Assembly (NCBI GenBank): GCA_947485745.1
Contig: CANKQY010000003.1
Location: 13,747 to 77,746 of the forward strand
Reading direction: 5' to 3'
Origin: Bacteroidota bacterium
GTDB lineage: Bacteria; Bacteroidota; Bacteroidia; UKL13-3
Length of the DNA: 64,000 nucleotides
The position numbers and the translations under genes were made by a program. Under the pieces are notes generated by a model. It saw only the letters and a program-made list of their open reading frames with translations. It had not been told where the DNA came from and ran no database searches. The stretch's first letter is position 1; every line of letters starts with the position of its first letter. Below, piece after piece: positions 27,944-35,775 of this stretch.

Positions 27944-28528
27944 TTATTCCCCTATTACAACTTTAGCAAATCTGATTACCTTATCGTGAAGGAAATATCC
28001 TTTTTCTAAAATGGCAACAATTTTATCTTTTAATTCTTCTGATTGAGCAGGTATTTTTGTAATTGCTTCGTGAAAATCTGGGTCAAACGCCAACCCTTGC
28101 GCTTCCATTTCTTTAACACCTTTTGCGACAAGGGTATTTTTAAATTTGCTATAAATTAAATCAATACCCTCTTTGATCTTTTGATTTTCATCTGTAGAAG
28201 GCATTGCTTCCAAGGCGCGTTCAAAATCGTCCATTACAGGCAGCATTGCCAATAAAACCTCTTGGTTGGCGCTTTTAAATAAATCTGCGCGCTCTTTGGT
28301 AGTTCTTCTTTTGTAGTTCTCAAATTCAGAATATAGTCTTAAATATTTATCCTGAACCGATGCCAATTCGGCCTTTGTTTTTGCTTCTTCACTGACATTT
28401 TCCTCTAAATTGGCAGTAGGCTCGTTGTTACTTAATTCGTTGGCAATTTCCTGCAACTCCTCATCTATGTGGGTGCTGTCTGTTTTAAACTCTATTTCTT
28501 CGTTCGAATTCTCTTGTTCTTTTTGCAT
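27944..28528 (-). CDS. grpE: Nucleotide exchange factor GrpE
   Basis: The core YLRLYSEFENYKRRTTKE...LLPVMDDFERA...FDPDFHEA is present, and the gene sits upstream of dnaJ. Confidence 0.9.
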   Translation of the reverse strand: MQKEQENSNEEIEFKTDSTHIDEELQEIANELSNNEPTANLEENVSEEAKTKAELASVQDKYLRLYSEFENYKRRTTKERADLFKSANQEVLLAMLPVMDDFERALEAMPSTDENQKIKEGIDLIYSKFKNTLVAKGVKEMEAQGLAFDPDFHEAITKIPAQSEELKDKIVAILEKGYFLHDKVIRFAKVVIGE

Positions 28529-28592
28529 GTTAATACCTTTGGGAATTTATAGTCAAATTTTTTGCCATCAATATTTTGGTGACAATGTGGCA

Positions 28593-29096
28593 CTAATGCG
28601 CCCTCAGTATGTCTTCAAGCAAATCTTTTTTGATATTTTTAGCAATAACAATTCCATTTGGATCAAGCAGGTAATTAAAAGGAATGCTTTGTACACCACA
28701 TTGTCGAATTATTGGAGAACTCCAGCCTTTGAAGTCGCACAGGTGACTTTTCCAAGGCAAATTATCCTTTTTTAAGGCACTGTTATATACTTCAAAAGCC
28801 TCATCTAAGCTAATACTTAGGATATAAAATTTGCGACCTTTTTTAAATCTTTTATCTTTGTATTTGGCGTAGATATCAATAAAATCTAATTGCATTCCTC
28901 TGCTTTCCATGTTCCAGCTAGCCCAAAAATTAACGAGCACATACGAACCTTTTAGTTCCTTTAGATTATATGATTTTGAAAATTGTCCTTGGTAATAAAA
29001 ATTGGGTAAAGTATCTCCAATACTTAACTCGCGATTTTGACCAATAGCATGCCATGCTAAAAAAAGAAAACAATAAATTAGTAGATGTCTTTTCAC
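28593..29096 (-). CDS. Secreted thioredoxin-fold (TlpA/AhpC-TSA-like) protein lacking the CXXC active site
   Basis: The block YVLVNFWASWNMESRG aligns with the canonical (V/L)(V/L)(D/N)FWASWCGPC, but WCGPC is replaced by WNMES (28902-28913). The start overlaps the murA stop by 4 nt. Confidence 0.6.
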   Translation of the reverse strand: MKRHLLIYCFLFLAWHAIGQNRELSIGDTLPNFYYQGQFSKSYNLKELKGSYVLVNFWASWNMESRGMQLDFIDIYAKYKDKRFKKGRKFYILSISLDEAFEVYNSALKKDNLPWKSHLCDFKGWSSPIIRQCGVQSIPFNYLLDPNGIVIAKNIKKDLLEDILRAH

Positions 29097-30406
29097 GAAA
29101 TCCTTGTTATATCTGCACCAATGGCCCTTAGTCTTTCATCAATATTTTGATAGCCTCTGTCTATTTGTTCAATGTTATTGATGGTACTTGTACCTTGAGC
29201 AGCCATTGCCGCAATGAGCATTGAAACACCTGCTCTAATATCAGGTGAAGACATGTTAATACCTCTTAGTTTTGTTTCACGGTTTGAACCAATAACAACT
29301 GCTCGGTGTGGATCGCATAGGATGATTTTTGCTCCCATATCTATTAGGTTATCTACAAAGAATAACCTGCTTTCGAACATCCATTGATGAATTAAAACAC
29401 TGCCTTTGGCTTGGGTTGCGGTAACAAGTGCCACTGAGATTAAATCTGGGGTAAACGCAGGCCAAATGCCATCCTTAATTGTAAGTATTGAACCATCAAT
29501 GAGGGTTTCAATTTTATATGAATCTTGTTGGGGAACTCTGATATCATCGCCATTAAATTCCAGCTGAATTCCCATACGTTGAAAAACTTTTGGGATCAAA
29601 CCGAGACTTGGTATTGCACAGTTTTTGATTGTAATATCAGAGTTAGTAGCGGCAGCCAAACCAATGAAACTACCAATCTCAATCATGTCTGGCAACATGG
29701 TATGTTTGCATCCACCAAGAGATTGCACCCCTTCAATATTTAATAGGTTTGAACCAATCCCCATTATTTTTGCACCCATGCTATTGAGCATTTTGCAGAG
29801 TTGTTGAATATAGGGTTCGCTTGCAGCATTGTAAATACTTGTTTTACCATTGGCCAAACATGCTGCCATTAAAATATTTGCAGTGCCTGTAACAGACGCT
29901 TCGTCTAACAACATATTGGCACCTTTTAACTCTTTGCCATTGATTTTATAAAAGCGTTCATGGTGCATGTGTTCAAAGGTTGCTCCCAAATTTTCGAATC
30001 CTCTTAAATGAGTATCAACAGGTCTTCTACCAATTTTATCGCCACCAGGTTCTGGGATATAAGCCAGGCCAAAGCGGGCTAAAAGCGGACCAATTATCAT
30101 AATTGAACCACGCAGGCTGGCACCTTTTGTTTTAAAATCATCGCTTAATAAATAATCGAGATTTACATTTTTTGCTTTAAATATATAGGTGGTATCATTT
30201 AGTTTTTTTACCTCAACACCCATAGCTTCCAATAGCTCAATTAATTTCATTACATCCCTAATTACAGGAATGTTTGAGATTTCAACTTCTTCAGCAGTGA
30301 GTAATACAGCTGATAGAATTTGTAATGCTTCATTTTTGGCCCCTTGTGGTGTAATTTCTCCTTTTAATTGTTTTCCGCCTATTACTTTAAATGATCCCAT
30401 ATTCAT
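29093..30406 (-). CDS. murA: UDP-N-acetylglucosamine 1-carboxyvinyltransferase
   Basis: The whole length reads as an EPSP-synthase-fold MurA. The active-site loop is PEPGGDKIGRRPVDTH, with Asp at the position of E. coli Cys115. Confidence 0.93.
   Translation of the reverse strand: MNMGSFKVIGGKQLKGEITPQGAKNEALQILSAVLLTAEEVEISNIPVIRDVMKLIELLEAMGVEVKKLNDTTYIFKAKNVNLDYLLSDDFKTKGASLRGSIMIIGPLLARFGLAYIPEPGGDKIGRRPVDTHLRGFENLGATFEHMHHERFYKINGKELKGANMLLDEASVTGTANILMAACLANGKTSIYNAASEPYIQQLCKMLNSMGAKIMGIGSNLLNIEGVQSLGGCKHTMLPDMIEIGSFIGLAAATNSDITIKNCAIPSLGLIPKVFQRMGIQLEFNGDDIRVPQQDSYKIETLIDGSILTIKDGIWPAFTPDLISVALVTATQAKGSVLIHQWMFESRLFFVDNLIDMGAKIILCDPHRAVVIGSNRETKLRGINMSSPDIRAGVSMLIAAMAAQGTSTINNIEQIDRGYQNIDERLRAIGADITRIS
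29281..29290 (+). repeat. Iterated decamer copy GGTTTGAACC
   Basis: Exact match inside murA (minus strand); the sense strand reads GGT TCA AAC CGT (G-S-N-R). Confidence 0.95.
29746..29755 (+). repeat. Iterated decamer copy GGTTTGAACC
   Basis: Exact match inside murA (minus strand); the sense strand reads GGT TCA AAC CTA (G-S-N-L). Confidence 0.95.
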
Positions 30407-30412
30407 ATTTTT

Positions 30413-32086
30413 TTAGAAGGTAAAAGTTAATCCGCCCATTAGGTTGATACCATAAACTTGATAGTTATAATATCTTTGGTAGGGGTTATTTGCTATGTTA
30501 TTGAATTGAACAAAAGCAGACAGTTTTTTGTTATAGCGATAATCAATTCCAATGTTAAGGTCAACAAATGGGTTCATTTTATAGTCAGTACTAACCAAAG
30601 AGCCATCTGTTCTTTTTGCATCTGATCTACCATAGCGCAACCCCCAATAAATCATATCCAATTTAACAAGAAATTTATCGGAAATATTATAGGTGCTATT
30701 CAATTTAGTTTCAAATTGTGGTCGGGTATAAGGTTGTGCCACATTTGTAAGTTTGTAGTTTAAAATATTTGCAATAATCCCCATTCTAAACTTTTCATTC
30801 CATTGATGTTGTAGTCCAATAGAAATGGTTGATAGCTTAGATTTACCCGTATCATAAACCAGAATTTGTTCTGCCGATGCCGAATCTGTGCTGTAGAAAG
30901 TTAGGTTTTCAATTTTGGCAGCATTGAAAGAAATGAGGAAACTTGTTTGTGGTCCTAATTCACCCTTAAAGCCAAAATAAGCTTCAAGGTTATGGCTGGT
31001 ATTTCTGAGCGTCATTTGGTTTACAAAAGGATTTTCTGTCCAAACGGTTCTGTAGGTAATAGGATCAAGCCAACCAGTTAAACCACCATAAACGGTGAGT
31101 TTGTTTTTAATAATATGATAGGCACCCTCGGCTTTTGGATAAAAATGGAATGTTGAATTAGTTGAATCGCTATTAATGGTTGAATTAAACCCTGCTTTGA
31201 GGTAGAAATTTTCTGAATTCATGAATAACTGAGGGTTTAAATCAAAATAAATCCTCTGGTAATTGTAATAGTCTCCAGCGGTATTTTTAATCATATTATT
31301 GTTGAACCTAAGCCCTGTTACCAGCTCAAAAGGAAGGTCTGTATTTTGTTTAGAAATTCTGCCTTTTAATGCAAAGTCGTTTTCCTTAAATCCTACCAAA
31401 TTATTGAAATTGTAATAATTTAAATCTACCTTATACAATAAGCCTGCGCTGTCTTTAGAGTAATTTTGGTAATTGGTTTTAATGTCAACCAATTGATAAA
31501 TAAACTTTGGGTCTTTGCTCAATGTTAATGCATCATTAGGCGCACCATATAGGTTCACCCTATTTCTATGGTAATAAGCATCTGCACCTAACACACCCTT
31601 TGCCGTAAATTTTTTGACATATCCATAGGCAGTATTGTTTGAAAAGTTATTGTACTTCTCATCGCCATTACCAGAAAGATGTTTAACAAACAAACCTGCC
31701 TGATAATTTTTGTTTCTAACAGTGTTAAGGTAGGCCTCAAAAAGTGGCATATTAAAATTTCCATAGCCAATTTTTATATAGTTACCTCTCAATTTTGGTA
31801 GCAACATTGTACCTAAGCTCAAGGGTTTAATAGTATAAATGGTAGGTTGAACATTATATTGTGTGTTGGGCAATGAATAGCTAAAAATTGGTTTAACATA
31901 TTCTGGTTTTTCAGGATTTGGGTTAACGGGTATTTTTATGGCTTCGGATAAAACAGGTTTAAAGTTCTTAATTACTTCAATTTGATTGTCTTTGATTAGG
32001 CTGTCAATTCTCTGGGCCCATGCATTTGGCATTGCCATAAGCAGTATTGCTAATAATGAAAAAATATAATTTTTAACTGATTGCAT
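30413..32086 (-). CDS. Putative outer-membrane beta-barrel protein (porin-like), function unknown
   Basis: Signal peptide ...PNAWAQ, rich in Y/N/G alternating strands, and a C-terminal ...GGLTFTF beta-signal-like end. Confidence 0.5.
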   Translation of the reverse strand: MQSVKNYIFSLLAILLMAMPNAWAQRIDSLIKDNQIEVIKNFKPVLSEAIKIPVNPNPEKPEYVKPIFSYSLPNTQYNVQPTIYTIKPLSLGTMLLPKLRGNYIKIGYGNFNMPLFEAYLNTVRNKNYQAGLFVKHLSGNGDEKYNNFSNNTAYGYVKKFTAKGVLGADAYYHRNRVNLYGAPNDALTLSKDPKFIYQLVDIKTNYQNYSKDSAGLLYKVDLNYYNFNNLVGFKENDFALKGRISKQNTDLPFELVTGLRFNNNMIKNTAGDYYNYQRIYFDLNPQLFMNSENFYLKAGFNSTINSDSTNSTFHFYPKAEGAYHIIKNKLTVYGGLTGWLDPITYRTVWTENPFVNQMTLRNTSHNLEAYFGFKGELGPQTSFLISFNAAKIENLTFYSTDSASAEQILVYDTGKSKLSTISIGLQHQWNEKFRMGIIANILNYKLTNVAQPYTRPQFETKLNSTYNISDKFLVKLDMIYWGLRYGRSDAKRTDGSLVSTDYKMNPFVDLNIGIDYRYNKKLSAFVQFNNIANNPYQRYYNYQVYGINLMGGLTFTF

Positions 32087-32088
32087 GG

Positions 32089-35000
32089 TTATTTATTATC
32101 ATTTTGTTTAATCCTTAATTCAATTTGCTTTTGAGATTCGGCATTTTGCTTTTTCTCTAATTCTTCAATTTCTGACAACCTAGTTTTGCATTGAGAAATA
32201 ATTTCTAGTCCATCGTAATTATCAATTAAACTTTGCAAGGTAGCCTTCGCTTGGAAGAAATCATTTTGTTTGATATAGGTATCGGCAAGCAAAACAAATC
32301 CCTTAGCTACCCAAGCATCAAAAGCACTAAATTTATCATTCAATTCAAAAATTGTTTTTTGAGATTGTTTGTATTCTTTCTTACTAAATTGGATAAAAGC
32401 AATGCTATATTTTGCCTCTGCACCATAAATGTTTTTAGTTTCTTTGAGCACAGCATTGAACGCACTTTGAGCAGAATCGTGCTTATTATTCTTTAGGTAA
32501 AATCTACCTAAATAAGTTTGCGCCTCAATGATTCCATCTTTTTGAGAAATTCCTGAATAAAGGTAACGTTGAGATACCAAGGCTGCCGAGTCTATTTTAT
32601 TTTGGTAGGCACAAGTTCTCATTTGCCCTAGCAGCGCTACTTGTAGGTTATCTCTATTACTAGCGATGCGCTCTAATGCTGCAAAATATTCAAAGGCCTT
32701 ATCATAATTTTTTCGCATATTTAACAACACTGCGCTTTGCCTAGTGCATCTTTCCGAATATTCACTTCTTAAAGAATTGGCAACATATTCATAGCACACC
32801 AATGCCTCATCATATTTTTTTAGTTTGTAATCGCTTTCTGCTTTGTAATAATTGGCTTTTAGTATAAAATAGCCACCAGGGAAACGACTAATATATGAAC
32901 CAAAGCCTTTGCTAGATTTTTCGTAATTTTCTTTTTGATATAAGTTGAAAGCAGATTCATAACTCAATGAATCTTGGGTAGAGGCCGATACAATAACATT
33001 GGGTAATACTTTAATAAAGTTTAGGTATTCTTCACCTTTACCCTGGTTTACAAAAATGTTTTGAACCATTGGCAGTGCTTCCCTTGCCTCTTCACTATTT
33101 GGATAATTAGTTATCAATGTTTTTATTTCTTCCAATGCCTCATCATCACGCTTTATATTAAATAATGCCAATGATTTGTTTAAAATAGATTTCCTTAAAT
33201 AAATTGACCTTGGGTAATTGCTAATAAGAGATTGAAATGAGGTAATGGCCATTTCATAATTCTCAGATTTTAAATAAATATCAGCTAATTCAAAAACGGC
33301 ATCATCTATGTAAGGAGATTTAGGATAGCTTTTTTCTAATGTTTTTAAGGCAGTAATCTTCTCTTCATTTCTACCTAAAACCCCAAGTATCATTGCTTTT
33401 TGGTATAAGCCATAATCGGCGCCATTGAGTTCTTTCTGACCTAAAATTGTGTAGTATTCAATTGCTTTATTGTAGTTTTTGTCTGCAAAATAACAATCTG
33501 CTGTTCTCAAAACAGCATCTGTATAAACTTCAGGATTGGAAGGTATTTTTTCTGCATTTAAGTAAATTGAAAATGCCTCAACGGCTTTTACATATTGTTC
33601 CATTTTTAAATGAACATATCCTTCATTATAAAAGGATTGGTTATAGAATCTTGTTTCCTTAACGGCGGCATTAACTTGGAATTTATGCAAATTTTCTAAG
33701 GCCAATTTATTTTGTTGGTCTTTGTAATCTAATTCAGCCAACCAAAAATAGGAGAGGCCTTTTATTCTGCTGTCATGGTTCTCTTCTGATGATTTTAAAA
33801 AGTAATCATGTGCCTCCTTATAATTGTTGTTGAGGTATAATTCTTCAGCTCTATAATAGGTTACTCTCTGTAAATTGATTAAATCTTGCTTGCTTGGCTT
33901 TTTAATTCCCTCCAGAATTTTAATGGATTCTTTGTAGTTTTTTGCATTCAGTAACAAGTTGCCTAAATTACCTCTGGCCTCCTCTGTGTATTCACTTTCA
34001 GGATAGTATTCCAATAGTTTTACATACCTTGTCATGGCAAATCCTTGCAGGTTTAAATCGTCTGAAACCTTTGCCGAAAAAAACAAAGCCGATTCGGCTA
34101 GCACGCCGGTTGTATCGTATACGTAGCAATTTTCAAATGCAGCTCTAGCAGCAGTTTTGTTGTTAAGTTTGAGGTAAGAATTTGCTAAACCAAATTGCAC
34201 ATAAGGACTTATGGTATCTGATTTTTTTGTAACTTTTAGAAATTGACTAACGGCCTTTTCATCTTGGTTATTTTTTGCGTAACAATACCCCAACATGTAA
34301 TAGTCGTTTTGGCTGGGAACGATTGGAGCTGCGCTCATGAATTTTTCGAGGTGAGGAATTGCAGCTGGGTATTCTTTTAATTGATAATGCGATTGACCTA
34401 CCATACCTGCCACATCATTGGCCACTTCTTGGTTGGAAATGGTGTCGCTAAAACTTATTACCTCCTTATATTGTTTGCGTACAAAATAAATTTGTGCTAT
34501 ATAAACACTGGCTAAAGGACCAAAAGTTTTGTGGTATTTTATTCTAGCAAAATGTTCTAAGGCCTCATTGTAGGCGCCAGATTTATAGCATACATAGCCA
34601 TAATAATAATTTGCAGGATCATAGTATTTGCTTTTTTCATCTTTAATAGGCTTAAAGGCGTTTTTAGCGTCTTCAAACCTCTCTAATTTAAACAAGGAAT
34701 ACCCAAAGATAAAATGGAATTCTTTTAATTCTGGTCCTGTTAAATATTCGGTTTGAACCAAATCCAATTTTACAACTGCCTGTTTATTATTTTTATTTCT
34801 ATAATGTAATTTACCCAATTGAAACAGGGCTAACTTAGCGCGTGTATTGTCTGGATGTTTATTAATTATTTGGTTCAACAATGATTCTGCATCTGGATTA
34901 AACAGTTCCATTGCACAAACGGCAGCATAATACTGGGCATTAATTTGGTTGAGGGGTTGCTGTGTTAATTTTGCGTACCAATCAAAGTGCTTTTGAGCAG

Positions 35001-35211
35001 CAGCAAATTTCTCCTTATCAAAAAGCTCAAGGCCTCTATTATAATACCTTATTTCATCCGTATAGCTAAAAGTTTGTTGGGCTTTTATGCGATGATTGCA
35101 TAAAATTAAAAAAAGAATAACTACTAAAAGCCTACCCAAAATCCACAATAGATTTTGAGACCATTCCCTGTCCCTAAGGAGGTTTTTTTTATTTATTTGT
35201 AGATTTCGCAT
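32089..35211 (-). CDS. Very large tetratricopeptide-repeat (TPR) envelope protein
   Basis: 1040 aa with an N-terminal hydrophobic anchor or signal. Dozens of 34-aa TPR-like units (A..Y..A....+.Y..A...F) run throughout. Confidence 0.7.
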   Translation of the reverse strand: MRNLQINKKNLLRDREWSQNLLWILGRLLVVILFLILCNHRIKAQQTFSYTDEIRYYNRGLELFDKEKFAAAQKHFDWYAKLTQQPLNQINAQYYAAVCAMELFNPDAESLLNQIINKHPDNTRAKLALFQLGKLHYRNKNNKQAVVKLDLVQTEYLTGPELKEFHFIFGYSLFKLERFEDAKNAFKPIKDEKSKYYDPANYYYGYVCYKSGAYNEALEHFARIKYHKTFGPLASVYIAQIYFVRKQYKEVISFSDTISNQEVANDVAGMVGQSHYQLKEYPAAIPHLEKFMSAAPIVPSQNDYYMLGYCYAKNNQDEKAVSQFLKVTKKSDTISPYVQFGLANSYLKLNNKTAARAAFENCYVYDTTGVLAESALFFSAKVSDDLNLQGFAMTRYVKLLEYYPESEYTEEARGNLGNLLLNAKNYKESIKILEGIKKPSKQDLINLQRVTYYRAEELYLNNNYKEAHDYFLKSSEENHDSRIKGLSYFWLAELDYKDQQNKLALENLHKFQVNAAVKETRFYNQSFYNEGYVHLKMEQYVKAVEAFSIYLNAEKIPSNPEVYTDAVLRTADCYFADKNYNKAIEYYTILGQKELNGADYGLYQKAMILGVLGRNEEKITALKTLEKSYPKSPYIDDAVFELADIYLKSENYEMAITSFQSLISNYPRSIYLRKSILNKSLALFNIKRDDEALEEIKTLITNYPNSEEAREALPMVQNIFVNQGKGEEYLNFIKVLPNVIVSASTQDSLSYESAFNLYQKENYEKSSKGFGSYISRFPGGYFILKANYYKAESDYKLKKYDEALVCYEYVANSLRSEYSERCTRQSAVLLNMRKNYDKAFEYFAALERIASNRDNLQVALLGQMRTCAYQNKIDSAALVSQRYLYSGISQKDGIIEAQTYLGRFYLKNNKHDSAQSAFNAVLKETKNIYGAEAKYSIAFIQFSKKEYKQSQKTIFELNDKFSAFDAWVAKGFVLLADTYIKQNDFFQAKATLQSLIDNYDGLEIISQCKTRLSEIEELEKKQNAESQKQIELRIKQNDNK
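34750..34759 (+). repeat. Iterated decamer copy GGTTTGAACC
   Basis: Exact match inside the TPR gene (minus strand); the sense strand reads ttG GTT CAA ACC (L-V-Q-T). Confidence 0.95.
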
Positions 35212-35320
35212 GAACTGATTACAACTGCTAACGAATCTAGTTGTAATAGCATAGTCAATGCTTTGGGAATTATCCCCATTTGCAAGTTTTGTAAAGGGGT
35301 AATGGGTGAATGATTAGACA

Positions 35321-35701
35321 CTATTTTTGGTCTTTCGGAGCGTTTTTGGTAATGTTCAGCAGTTTTGCTTCCCATTCGGCAGCATTAAATCCAAGTAGCA
35401 GCAGGCCTTCGTCTTCTAGGATAGGTCTTTTTATCATTGATGTATATTGTTGCATCAATTTGATGCCAGAATCATCAAATAAACATGCTGACTTTTCAGA
35501 ATCGCTTAGTTTCTTGTAGGTTGTGCCTTTTGTATTAATGAGTAAATTTATCTGGTAAATTTTCAACCAAATTTTGATGGTTTTTGCCGTTATTCCTAAT
35601 TTTTTGTAATCATGAAATTCATAGTCAATGTTTTTTTCCTCAAGCCAATCAGAGGCTTTGTGCATGGTATTGCAATTTTTGATGCCATATATTTTTATCA
35701 T
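35321..35701 (-). CDS. ArsC/Spx-family protein (YffB-like)
   Basis: MIKIYGIKNCNTMHKASDWLEEKNIDYEFHDYKK has the thioredoxin-like fold with the conserved N-terminal Cys. Confidence 0.8.
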   Translation of the reverse strand: MIKIYGIKNCNTMHKASDWLEEKNIDYEFHDYKKLGITAKTIKIWLKIYQINLLINTKGTTYKKLSDSEKSACLFDDSGIKLMQQYTSMIKRPILEDEGLLLLGFNAAEWEAKLLNITKNAPKDQK

Positions 35702-35720
35702 TTTAACGTATAATTATTAT

Positions 35721-35757
35721 AAAAAAAGAGGGCAAGATGTGTTACAAATTGCCCTCT
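35721..35757 (-). terminator. Rho-independent terminator downstream of the GH97 gene
   Basis: Stem AGAGGGCAA (35727-35735) pairs with TTGCCCTCT (35749-35757). On the minus strand it is followed by T7 (the A-run 35721-35727). Confidence 0.7.
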
Positions 35758-35775
35758 TTAATTGTTTGTTTTAAA

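Noticed and set aside
35218-35247. A 9-bp inverted repeat (ATTACAACT...AGTTGTAAT) between the ArsC-family gene and the TPR gene, considered as a terminator.
   Set aside because: No T-run follows it on the transcribed (minus) strand, the stem is AT-rich, and it sits only 7 nt upstream of the TPR start codon. The evidence is insufficient to call a terminator or a regulatory hairpin.
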